A DNA stretch of 44,615 nucleotides from Phycisphaerales bacterium (lineage in GTDB: Bacteria > Planctomycetota > Phycisphaerae > SM23-33): contig JABGPF010000007.1 in the NCBI GenBank assembly GCA_018645065.1, positions 1-44,615 on the forward strand. Direction: 5' to 3'. Positions 36,101-44,212 of this stretch are shown piece after piece. The number at the start of each line of letters is the position of its first letter. Within the stretch, counting starts at the first letter, position 1. Made by a program: the position numbers and the translations under genes. The notes beneath the pieces were generated by a model. It was not told the origin of the DNA, searched no databases, and worked only from the letters and a program-made list of their open reading frames with translations.

Positions 36101-36515
36101 CACCGACTTCAACGCCGACGGCAGAACCAACCTGACCGACTTCGTGACCCTCAGGAGCAGTTACAATAATATCGTGCTGACCCCGTCGATCGCAGAGGCA
36201 GTCCCGGCTGCGGCGCCGATCGCTCCGGCTCCGGTGATGGCGATGGCGCCGGTTATCACCGAACCGATAATCGAACCGGAAAGCAACAGCGATCCGCTGG
36301 TCTTGGCGATATCCGAGCCAATGGCCGATCTGTTCGTCGAATCGCAGGATGTTGGCGAATATATCCCAGTGGCTGCGCCCGAGATCCAATCGGAGTCCAC
36401 ACTGGCGGCAACAACCGAAAGCGAACTGAGGCCTTTAAGCGATCCGGAACCAGATAACAATACCGACCCACTAACCGATCTGTTGACAGAAGCAGCACTA
36501 GTGCTACCGCTATAA
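33174..36515 (+). CDS. C-terminal 1113 codons of the same megaprotein gene (LTD x3, jelly-roll-like module, Ig-like, dockerin-like). The ORF track lists it as 33285-36515.
   Basis: It is in the same frame as 23517-33173. Codons 33174-33284 are open and complete the interrupted LTD (LDRVYYRPQTEDVSQGRTADGSTNIEFFTLPTPGLGN). Further LTDs: LRITEIMYNPAGSDDKEFIEFQN, VVVNEVMAHTDGGVEDWIELHN, MVIEEIMYNPDG. Dockerin/EF-hand-like loops: GDVDGDGDVDSADF and DFNADGRTNLTDF. There is no ATG, SD or signal peptide at 33285. Confidence 0.85.
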   Translation, partial: LDRVYYRPQTEDVSQGRTADGSTNIEFFTLPTPGLGNVAFGSQATIVAEGDPKYVLVPDVNTVTTWPAVDFVTWPDVGFDTTGWTYWDGSPGGVGYDSGDGGYTPLIGVDLIEMDNVSTSAYIAYPFTFDGDPNGLTSLSLNIRYDDGFVAYLNGQEIHREMFDAGSTPAWNSTATGSHADTAALNLISFNVLDHKDAMNNGANLLAIHGLNDTATSSDLLISAELVGTLPGSFANLIAVHNDLRITEIMYNPAGSDDKEFIEFQNVGAATLDLTGVRLTDGVEFVFPAVTLAPGEYIVVARELAEFEDFYGAGINAIGDYVGSLSNAGEDILLQMPGMHEAAILRFDYNDAWYPATDGEGASLVIVNPLGRRGDWDPAAGWLPSGTAGGSPGTGDVTSDITLGSVVVNEVMAHTDGGVEDWIELHNTTEGDIDISGWFLSDDPSDLEKFVIPDNTILIAGGYVAFNEVTHFGTTVDPVNGFALSELGDTVIISSSDINGDISTYRSFVSFAATANGVSLGRHTLSTGEVDFVAMETPTYADENSAPLIGSMVIEEIMYNPDGPGGAEYILMKNISGSIVELYDPANPTNTWQISGGVEFVFPQGVTVQPGQFVLITNVDAATYLATRTVGADVQVFGPFTGALSNAGDTITVNRPGAPETTPVPLVPQIAVETIKFNDSLPWPEAADGDGPALAKLPGAIGEYGNDPINWGVSGGPAITINPLVTTDQTPELTGTVSDSHLLSTVTVTVNGVDYIVPIVGGTWTLADDAITAPLPGGVYDVAVSGFDIAGNLGADSTAGELNVDLGLGVVGRDVFYNNSAWDGAGDSAAIDTGKAALLPGQLPSSVNYTNYSRGINGIMVDIDGLTAAAPADFAIRISDAAGAWISGPEPTVNVLPGQGAGGSDRVALTWDDGAIVNRWIEVTVLATANTGLDSDDLFYFANATGDVDGDGDVDSADFSSLLGDFGQAGALGELTTDFNADGRTNLTDFVTLRSSYNNIVLTPSIAEAVPAAAPIAPAPVMAMAPVITEPIIEPESNSDPLVLAISEPMADLFVESQDVGEYIPVAAPEIQSESTLAATTESELRPLSDPEPDNNTDPLTDLLTEAALVLPL

Positions 36516-36551
36516 CGATTCGTTCACCGTGCATCATTAATCGCAGGGAAG

Positions 36552-36684
36552 CCCGTTTAGCGGCGTGGCAACGCCACGCGTGCGCCGTTTAGCGTTGTTG
36601 CTGCCACGTACATTATGTCATACGCATCGTAGAACGACGATCAACGAACGACGAGCGCGTGGCGTTGCCACGCCGCTAAACGGG
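36552..36684. repeat. Perfect 29-bp inverted repeat of the REP-like element, 75 bp apart, just downstream of the megaprotein gene
   Basis: CCCGTTTAGCGGCGTGGCAACGCCACGCG at 36552-36580, with its exact reverse complement at 36656-36684. A partial extra copy GCCGTTTAGCG lies at 36584-36594. Each arm carries its own GCGTGGC/GCCACGC hairpin. Confidence 0.75.
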
Positions 36685-36799
36685 AACAGGCGCCGCGATT
36701 GAGCACTATACAGCGCACTCCATTGTGCGTTTTCTCTAGTATCCATCTAATCGTTCGTTGACCGTTGACATTGGTCCGCGCTGCGGCGACACTTAACGT

Positions 36800-37627
36800 A
36801 TGAACATTAAAAAACTATCGTCACTGGCGGTTTGTGCGGTAATTGGCGTTGCGGTTCTCGGAGGTTCGTTGTATCGAACCCATGCAGCCAAGGCGCCCGC
36901 CAAAAAAACTATCCGCGTCCTGTTCGTAGGTAACTCATACACGTACGGTAATAAGCTTCCCCAGGTGGTCGCCGCTATGGCCCGGGCCGACAAAACCGTC
37001 GCGCCGATGGAAGTGAAAATGGTCGCCAGCGGGGGCAAGAACCTTATCTGGCACTCGCAGAACAAGACCACGCTCGACGCTATCGCAGAAGGCTGGGATT
37101 ACGTGATCCTGCAGGACCAGAGCCTCACCCCAACGCTCATGCCCCAACGAACCCGCAAGGGCGCCGCCGTGCTCGACGCAGCCATAAAAAAAGCCGGCGC
37201 CAAAACCATGTTCTTCATGACCTGGCAACGCAAACCGACGCCGGAACTGCTGAAAAAATACCCCGACATGCACAAACGCAATTCCGAAACGTACATGTCA
37301 GTAGCACGCGAACTCAAAGCCGCCGTCGCACCAGTGGGATACGCCTGGAAAGCAGCGACCGACGCCAACCCGAACTGCCCGCTATACACCAAAGACAACT
37401 CCCACCCATCGCGAGCCGGTACATACCTGGCGGCGTGTGTTTTCTACTCAACGATCTACAACAAGCCCCCAACGCGCCTGCCCGCCACGGTGATACTGTC
37501 CCAAAAGGGCAATCGCAAAACAGTTCTAAGCATCCCGTCAACCTTGGCAAGCACCCTAAAACCAATCGCCTGGACAGCAGTCCAAAAAGCAAAAAAAGAA
37601 CTAACCTCAAAACCCAAGACCAAGTAG
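36800..37627 (+). CDS. Secreted SGNH/GDSL-like hydrolase family protein
   Basis: Signal-like N-terminus MNIKKLSSLAVCAVIGVAVLGG. Block I-like VLFVGNSYTYG. Block V-like DNSHPS. Overall size and pattern are typical of SGNH-fold proteins. Confidence 0.7.
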   Translation: MNIKKLSSLAVCAVIGVAVLGGSLYRTHAAKAPAKKTIRVLFVGNSYTYGNKLPQVVAAMARADKTVAPMEVKMVASGGKNLIWHSQNKTTLDAIAEGWDYVILQDQSLTPTLMPQRTRKGAAVLDAAIKKAGAKTMFFMTWQRKPTPELLKKYPDMHKRNSETYMSVARELKAAVAPVGYAWKAATDANPNCPLYTKDNSHPSRAGTYLAACVFYSTIYNKPPTRLPATVILSQKGNRKTVLSIPSTLASTLKPIAWTAVQKAKKELTSKPKTK

Positions 37628-37754
37628 CGGTTCTGGAGCGTCCTGGGGGTCGAGAATAGATCTGGGCGTTTCCATGTCGCTGTTTTTTTTGTATAATGCC
37701 TGACCGTACAGGTGTCGAATGTTCGACATTGACGGTTAACTTTAGGAGCAAGCT

Positions 37755-38096
37755 GTGATTTTTAAACCGAAAGATATGCGATCCCAGGTCCGTTCACTCA
37801 TGAAAGACGGACTCGGCGATGTCACCGTTAAACATATGGTCGAATGCGACGATCTGCCCAATATTCGCTTCCTGGGCGAAATGACCCTGCCGGCTGGCGC
37901 GTCGATCGGCGATCATACCCACGCTACGGAAACCGAATACTACATCATCACCGAAGGCGTAGGCGTGGTGAACGATAACGGTGAAGATCAGCGTGTCGGT
38001 CGAGGTGATGTGATCGTCACCGGCGGCGGAGCGACCCACCGCATCAAAAACGCAGGATCAACACCGCTGGTTATCATCGCGTTCATTGTTACGGAC

Positions 38097-38099
<3 letters not shown>
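37755..38099 (+). CDS. Cupin-domain protein
   Basis: Cupin motifs GDHTHATETEYYIITEG and GDVIVTGGGATHRIKN. GTG start with AGGAG 6 nt upstream. The TATAAT at 37692-37697 is a possible -10 box. Confidence 0.85.
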
Positions 38100-38339
<240 letters not shown>

Positions 38340-38362
<23 letters not shown>

Positions 38363-39218
38363 TTATCATCGCTTCCATGCGCTTTCCGTATTCCACGTAG
38401 CTGCTGTAGCGTTTCTCGTCGGATGAGCCTACTGATGCGTCGTGGAATACTACCGCCAGGTGGGGCTCGATCGATATTCCGCCGTCATAACCTCCGTCCA
38501 GGAGGTCCTTGACTATGCGCTTCACGTCGCCTGAACCCTCGCCGGGGTAGGTGTAGTTGGCTTCTTTGGCTTCTGCGTCCCAGGTGCAGTCCTTAATGTG
38601 GATGTAGGCGATGTGTTCCTTGACGTGCGAGTAAAACTCCCATGACGACTGTCTGGGATACGGTTTGGGCTTGGTGCGATCGTTCAGGAACACCGGGTTG
38701 CCCGTATCGAACACCAACTTCAAACCGGGCACGTTTTCGATCAGCTTCAGCGTGTAAGGCCAACCCATCCCGCCGTAGTTCATGCAGTTTTCATGAACCG
38801 GCGTGATACCGGCGTCGGTGAAGCGGGCCTGGATCTCGCGAAGGCGTTTGAAACGTTCGTCGGCCAGTTGGTCGTCGGGGTTGCGGTCTTCGAGCACCGC
38901 GTAACTCATTATGCGGATCAGCTTGGCTCCCAGGCGTTGCATGCGGGGGATTGCTCGGTCGATTTCAGCCAGTGTCGCGTCGTTGGGATCGGTTACCTGC
39001 TTTGCCCAGTTGGCGACGGCAGACCCGAAACAGTTAATCGAAACGCCCGCGTCCTGGAGCTTTCCGTAGACCACGTCGAACTCGGCGTCGCTCAGGTCGT
39101 GGATGTTCTTCTTGTCTATATTGCGGGCCTCGATGTTCGACCAGCCCAGTTCGAGCGTGGCTTTGATCTGATCATCAATCCCGTCGGCGGCTTCGTCTGC
39201 AAATCCTGTGAGATACAT
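38340..39218 (-). CDS. Sugar phosphate isomerase/epimerase (xylose isomerase-like TIM barrel)
   Basis: Motifs: LTGFADEA, LIRIMSY, VHENCMNYGG, VFDTGNPV, IHIKDC, ISIEPH. It lies 19 nt downstream of the Gfo/Idh/MocA gene. Confidence 0.85.
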
Positions 39219-39237
39219 TTTTGTGTCCTTGTGTCCT

Positions 39238-40449
39238 TTAAAAGGTGCCTTCGACGTCCATGACTTTGGCTTTGGAGGTGTCTTTTACATAGGTGGAAGA
39301 GTCGATTCGCTCTTGGAGCAGGGCGTGGTATTTTTCGGCGTCTATGGGCAGGTCCACCCATGCGTCGGTCCATGCCGACAGCAGCATCGCGTTGCTGAGC
39401 GTCAGGCTGTTAATGCCTTCCGATCCGTCGGCGACCATGAGTTTCGGATCGTCAGCCAGGATCGCCTTGATCCACGCCGCGGTGACTTCGGCGTGTTGTC
39501 CGCCGGTGTCGTCAGACGGTATATCGCACTTCCAGACTTCCGGTGATCCGAATCCGCCTTCGTATTCGGCGTTGAATTGGCGTTCGGGCGTTCGATTACG
39601 CCAGAAGGTCAGTTTGTCGTCCTCCATGATAATCTTACCGCGATCACCGGCGACCTCGAAGCGGTTAGTGCCCGGCGCCTCGCCTGTGGAGGTGATGAAC
39701 GTTCCGGTCGCCCCGTTTTCATATTCCACGTACGCGGTGACGTCGTCTTCGACTTCGATGTTGTGGTACTTTCCGAACGAGCAGAACGCCCGGACGCGTT
39801 TGGGCATACCGCAGAACCACTGCCACATGTCCAACTGGTGTGGGCATTGGTTCAGCAGCACTCCGCCGCCTTCGCCAGCCCAGCTTGCCCGCCATCCGCC
39901 GGCATCGTAATAGCTCTGCGGACGGTACCAGCTCGTAACGGTCCAACTGTTGCGTTTAATGTCGCCCAGTTCGCCCGATTCGAGCAGGTCCTTGAGCTTC
40001 TTGTGCAGGCCGATGGTTCGCTGCTGGAACATCATCGAGAACATCTTGCCCGACTTGGCTGCCGCTGCGTTAAGCTCGGCGACCTGTGCGGTGTAAACGC
40101 CCGCGGGCTTCTCGCTGAGCACGTGCAAACCGCTCTCAAACGCCTGGATGCCCAACGCAGGATGATGGTAGTGGGGCGTTGCGATAATAACCGCGTCGAT
40201 TTCGCCCGAGGCGCACATCGCGTCAACGCTGTCGAACGTTTTGATGTCGCCGCCGAGTTTTTTCGCCGCGGCGGCTAGTGACTCGGCGTTCGCGTCGCAC
40301 AGTGCTGTTAGTTCTGCGCCTTTGATTTCGCCGTTTGCGAGATATTTTCCGTGTGCCTGGCCCATTCCGCCTGACCCGATAATGCCTACACGCACCTTAT
40401 CCACTGATCTGCTCCCTTGATTTCCGGGGGTTTTTATTATTTTTGTCAT
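39238..40449 (-). CDS. Gfo/Idh/MocA family oxidoreductase
   Basis: Rossmann N-terminus VRVGIIGSGGMGQAHGKYL, then AVIIATPHYHHPALGIQAFESGLHVLSEKP and a family-typical C-terminal alpha/beta domain. Confidence 0.92.
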   Translation of the reverse strand: MTKIIKTPGNQGSRSVDKVRVGIIGSGGMGQAHGKYLANGEIKGAELTALCDANAESLAAAAKKLGGDIKTFDSVDAMCASGEIDAVIIATPHYHHPALGIQAFESGLHVLSEKPAGVYTAQVAELNAAAAKSGKMFSMMFQQRTIGLHKKLKDLLESGELGDIKRNSWTVTSWYRPQSYYDAGGWRASWAGEGGGVLLNQCPHQLDMWQWFCGMPKRVRAFCSFGKYHNIEVEDDVTAYVEYENGATGTFITSTGEAPGTNRFEVAGDRGKIIMEDDKLTFWRNRTPERQFNAEYEGGFGSPEVWKCDIPSDDTGGQHAEVTAAWIKAILADDPKLMVADGSEGINSLTLSNAMLLSAWTDAWVDLPIDAEKYHALLQERIDSSTYVKDTSKAKVMDVEGTF

Positions 40450-40464
40450 CGATGTTCGTTGCGA

Positions 40465-41721
40465 TTAATAAAGCTTGACGATTTTGGCGCCGGGGTAATA
40501 GAAGCCGATGATCTGTTCTGCTCGCCAACCGGCCAGCGCTTTTCCTTGCAAGCCGTATTGGCACATCCCCACGCCGTGTCCGTATCCGCGTCCGTTCCTG
40601 AACTCGAAACCCGAGCCGGTGTCTACAATTTGGCAGTTCATCGAGTAGAGTTTTTTGTATCGCGGGGTGCTGCTGAAGATCATCGCCAGGCGGATTTTTT
40701 CCGCGCGGAGTCGCACTGTTTTTCCGTTCACGCCGATGAGGTTGACCCAGACCGCCCGGCCGTGGGCGAGCTTTTGGGCGACTTGTATAGTTCTCAGCCC
40801 GCCAAGCGCCCGCACTTGCGAATGGTTACCGCAGAGCAGCCTGAACAGTTCTGATTTCGAGATTCGCACCGGCGCCCATCTGTACTTGCTGCTTGCGGTG
40901 CAGTGTTGATCGGCCTGCCCGCCCTGGAGCGGTTTGATTGGCGGTGCGTCGCGGAGTACGATCGCAGCGTTTACGTGCCCACCGCAGCATGACGAGTATT
41001 GAGGCATGAAGATTCGATCTTTACCGCGGTAGTTCGCCGTAAGCACCCATCCGCGCGTGGAGTTCACCGCTTGTCGCGATTTGGTGGTTTCGCCCATGAT
41101 CCCACCGTAAACTTGTGATTTCACGCCGTCTTCCAGGTCGTAGTATCCCGAGCTGCCGGAATGCATCATGTTATAGTATGCGAAGGTTCGCGCCGCCACC
41201 GCCAGTCCGCGATAGGCCTCAACATGCCACGATCCGAACAGTTCCTTGGCCAGCACTCCAGCGAGATAATCGTCGAGGTTCACGTGATTGACAACGATGA
41301 AGGCGTTTGGCCCTCTGGGTGTCAGGACGAGTTTTCCGTGATATGTCTTGCCGCTGAAACCGACGTGCTTGTTGGGTTGTGAGTCAATGGTTTCGACGAC
41401 AAGCCGATTTGCCCGCAGAGAACTGTTTCCGACGATCCAGGCCCCGCCGCTTCGTCTGATTGATCTGATAGATCGTCCCGGGCGAACGAGTTTTCCGTTG
41501 GCGACTATCCGGACGCCCACGGACCCCGCCAGGCTCGCTGAGCCTGTAGGTGTTTTGCTAAGCAGCACTCGGATCGTGCCTCGGGGCGTCGGGTGGGGGG
41601 TCCCGGTACCGTTTGTCTTGACGGGCGGTTTCTCGCAACCGCCCAGCCCCAGTCCGATCACGGATGCGACGAGTAGAACAGTTAGTTTACCGGTGAGCTT
41701 TGAGGGTGTCATATTGGCCAT
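40465..41721 (-). CDS. SpoIID/LytB domain-containing protein (peptidoglycan remodelling)
   Basis: Motifs: VNLDDYLAGVLAKE, EAYRGLAVAARTFAYYN, SQVYGG, QYSSCCGGHV, QHCTASSKYRW. Lipoprotein-like N-terminus LGLGGCEKP. Confidence 0.85.
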   Translation of the reverse strand: MANMTPSKLTGKLTVLLVASVIGLGLGGCEKPPVKTNGTGTPHPTPRGTIRVLLSKTPTGSASLAGSVGVRIVANGKLVRPGRSIRSIRRSGGAWIVGNSSLRANRLVVETIDSQPNKHVGFSGKTYHGKLVLTPRGPNAFIVVNHVNLDDYLAGVLAKELFGSWHVEAYRGLAVAARTFAYYNMMHSGSSGYYDLEDGVKSQVYGGIMGETTKSRQAVNSTRGWVLTANYRGKDRIFMPQYSSCCGGHVNAAIVLRDAPPIKPLQGGQADQHCTASSKYRWAPVRISKSELFRLLCGNHSQVRALGGLRTIQVAQKLAHGRAVWVNLIGVNGKTVRLRAEKIRLAMIFSSTPRYKKLYSMNCQIVDTGSGFEFRNGRGYGHGVGMCQYGLQGKALAGWRAEQIIGFYYPGAKIVKLY

Positions 41722-41808
41722 AGGGTCCGCGCTGCAGGCTGCGGCGGCGGCCCGTCTAAAGCCGCAGTCTCGTGTTGGAGTCTCGGATATATTGGTCCCG
41801 GTTCTGCG

Positions 41809-43140
41809 TTAGTCGGATTCCGCGAGCCTCAGTCCGTACTGTCCCAGGGCCTGTCGTATTGTGTTCAGGCTGGTCTGTCCGAAGTTTCTGCACGCCAGCA
41901 GTTCCGGTTCGCTTTTGCTGACCAGATCGCCAAGCGTTTCGATATGGAGTAATTCGAGAGCTTTTCTTGCCCGCACCGAAAGTTCGATTTGCGACAGCGG
42001 TGTAGCCAGCACACCCTCTCTGGCTTGTGAGGACGTGTCGCTGGTGAACATGTCGGCCAGTTCCGCGGTGGCGGTGTCTTCGAGCGCCTGTCCGAGTCGC
42101 AGGCCCTTGAGGGCGAGCATGTCTCGGATTTCCTTCAGTGAAGTTTCACCGAAGTTTTTGTATTCCAGAAGCCGTGTCTCGGGCGTGTTCACCAGATCGC
42201 CAAGCGTGCTGATATCCATCTTCTTGAGGCAGTTGCGGGCTCGGACCGAAAGTTCGAAGTCCGTTACGGGTGTTTCGAGGATTGCGTTTCGTTGCGCCAT
42301 CATCTTGGCGCGATCTTCGTCGAAGTACATGGTCTTTGACGCTTCGGCGTCGCGGAGGAACAGTTTGGCTCGCCAGTGGCCCGGGTTAATCGCCAGTATC
42401 CGCCTGATGCACAGGCACGCCTGGTCGTACTCTTCGGCGTCTTCGTAGAGCACCGCCATGTTCATCAGCGCCCCGGCGTGGACCGGTTGGAGAGCCAGGC
42501 ATTGCTGGTAGAGTTCTATCGCGGCTTCTTCGTCACCGTAGAGATCGTTGAAATACGCCAGGCGGAACAGCGCCTTTGCATTGGTTTCGTCTGCGGCGAC
42601 CGCTGCTTCGTAGGCCTCGCCGGCCAGTTGCTTATCTCCGTCGAGTTCCTCCAGCAGGCCCTTCATGCAGAGATAGTTCGACGTCTCGCCGAGCTTGGTC
42701 GTTGCGGACTTCAAATTCTTTGCAGCCTGCTTCATATCGCCTGACATTGCGCGGCATTCGATAATTTCCAGATCGATTTGGGGATCTTCCCAACCGCGAG
42801 CCTTGGCCAGGTCGAGCTCTTCGATCGCGCGATCGTGATGTCCGAGTTGTACTTGGCATTGTGCCTGGAAGTATCGTCGGTCTTTATTATCGGTTCCGGC
42901 TGCGAGCACTTCTAAGGCTTCGGTGAAGCGGCAGGTCATGTACAGTGCGATACCGAGTTTTACAGCGCCGCCGCCTTTGGGTTCGGGATTATCGCTTTCG
43001 ATTTTACCGACCAGTTCTCTGAGTTTGTCTGCGGTGTCACCGGCTTCTGAGAGCGTCTCGTTGAGCACGCGGTAGTCTTCGTATGTCCACGTGTCACGTG
43101 CGCGAATCTCGTTAATAGTTTCTTTTGATGTTTCTTCCAT
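41809..43140 (-). CDS. TPR-repeat protein with two C-terminal RNA polymerase alpha-subunit CTD-like (HhH) modules
   Basis: TPR-like helices occupy the N-terminal ~270 aa. Two copies of the alpha-CTD signature follow: TPVTDFELSVRARNCLKKMDISTLGDLVNTPETRLLEYKNFGETSLKEIRDMLALKGLRLG and TPLSQIELSVRARKALELLHIETLGDLVSKSEPELLACRNFGQTSLNTIRQALGQYGLRL. I prefer the start at ATG 43140 (GGGAGA 7 nt upstream); the ORF-track start is 43158. Confidence 0.85.
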   Translation of the reverse strand: MEETSKETINEIRARDTWTYEDYRVLNETLSEAGDTADKLRELVGKIESDNPEPKGGGAVKLGIALYMTCRFTEALEVLAAGTDNKDRRYFQAQCQVQLGHHDRAIEELDLAKARGWEDPQIDLEIIECRAMSGDMKQAAKNLKSATTKLGETSNYLCMKGLLEELDGDKQLAGEAYEAAVAADETNAKALFRLAYFNDLYGDEEAAIELYQQCLALQPVHAGALMNMAVLYEDAEEYDQACLCIRRILAINPGHWRAKLFLRDAEASKTMYFDEDRAKMMAQRNAILETPVTDFELSVRARNCLKKMDISTLGDLVNTPETRLLEYKNFGETSLKEIRDMLALKGLRLGQALEDTATAELADMFTSDTSSQAREGVLATPLSQIELSVRARKALELLHIETLGDLVSKSEPELLACRNFGQTSLNTIRQALGQYGLRLAESD

Positions 43141-43264
43141 CGCAATTTCTCCCGGCATATATATAATTCGTCTTAAAATACTGATCTATTGGTTCTAGGC
43201 GGCAAGTCGAGTATTATAACCAAAACTAGCTCGACTGCAACCGAATCTGGCCGATGGATAACCT

Positions 43265-44212
43265 ATGGACCATCAAGATATGAGTAAACCTGTTCATCTG
43301 ATCGTCAATCCGCACAGCGGACACGGTGGTCGTCGTCACGCACTGGTCGATCTGCGCGCCGCCATGCGCGCCGCTCAGGTCGAGATGGTGGAGTACACAA
43401 CCAAGAGCGCCGGTGACGCCACTCGCTACGCTCGCGAGATCGCAGAAGACGCTCGCGCCGTAATGGTGTGGGGCGGTGACGGTACGGTAAACGACGTAGT
43501 TAACGGGATGATTTCCAGCGAAACCCCGATCCTGCCATGCCGCGCCGGTACGGAAAATCTGTTGGCCAAAGAGCTGCGAATACCCTCTGACCCGAGGCGG
43601 ATCGTGGAAACGCTGCTGACCAGCCCGACGCGCTATTGCGACGTGGGCGTGGTTAACGGGCACAACTTCATGCTTATAATCGGGATCGGTTTCGACGGTG
43701 AGGTTGTCAGGCGGTTGTCGGCGGTGCGCACGGGGCACATATCGTACCTGAGTTATTTCTGGCCTATCTGGCGAACGTTCTGGGAGCATGATTTCCCCAA
43801 AATGCGGATAATCGCCGACGGGAAGGAAATTTTCAACGATTACGGAATGGCGTTTGTGGGCAATATATCTCGCTACGCCGTTGGCCTGCGAATCTGTCGC
43901 GACGCGGTGTTCGACGACGGCCTGCTGGACCTGGTGGTGTTCTCGTGCAAAAAGCAGACCGCCCTGGTGCTGCACGCCGCATGGACGCTGCTGAGGCGAC
44001 ACCCGCTAAAGGGCGACGTGATATACAAGCAGTTCCGAAACCTGCAGATCGAATGCGACAGGCCCGTCTCCTGCCAGGTCGATGGCGATGTCGGACCCGA
44101 CACGCCGCTGGACGTTTCAATGGCCAAAGGGAAAATCAAACTCATCATGCCCGAGCCAAGACCAAGCCCCTGGGCGATCTGGCCGTGGAAAGGAAACGGA
44201 CGCCATGACTGA
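43265..44212 (+). CDS. Diacylglycerol-kinase-family lipid kinase (YegS/BmrU-like)
   Basis: Motifs: LIVNPHSGHGG and VMVWGGDGTVNDVVNG (the GGDGT motif), plus a family-typical C-terminal accessory domain. Confidence 0.9.
   Translation: MDHQDMSKPVHLIVNPHSGHGGRRHALVDLRAAMRAAQVEMVEYTTKSAGDATRYAREIAEDARAVMVWGGDGTVNDVVNGMISSETPILPCRAGTENLLAKELRIPSDPRRIVETLLTSPTRYCDVGVVNGHNFMLIIGIGFDGEVVRRLSAVRTGHISYLSYFWPIWRTFWEHDFPKMRIIADGKEIFNDYGMAFVGNISRYAVGLRICRDAVFDDGLLDLVVFSCKKQTALVLHAAWTLLRRHPLKGDVIYKQFRNLQIECDRPVSCQVDGDVGPDTPLDVSMAKGKIKLIMPEPRPSPWAIWPWKGNGRHD

Noticed and set aside
23517-36515. Diversity-generating retroelement targeting the megaprotein C-terminus
   Set aside because: There is no reverse-transcriptase gene, and I saw no template/variable repeat pair with adenine-specific differences in the window. 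The internal repeats are ordinary domain duplications.
43226-44002. Minus-strand 258-aa ORF. The same reasoning applies to 39293-39910 and 39577-40278 (plus), 12528-13421 (plus) and 9877-10632 (minus).
   Set aside because: Each lies antisense to a gene with strong family motifs (DAG-kinase GGDGT, Gfo/Idh/MocA Rossmann, esterase GHSMGG). None has motifs of its own.
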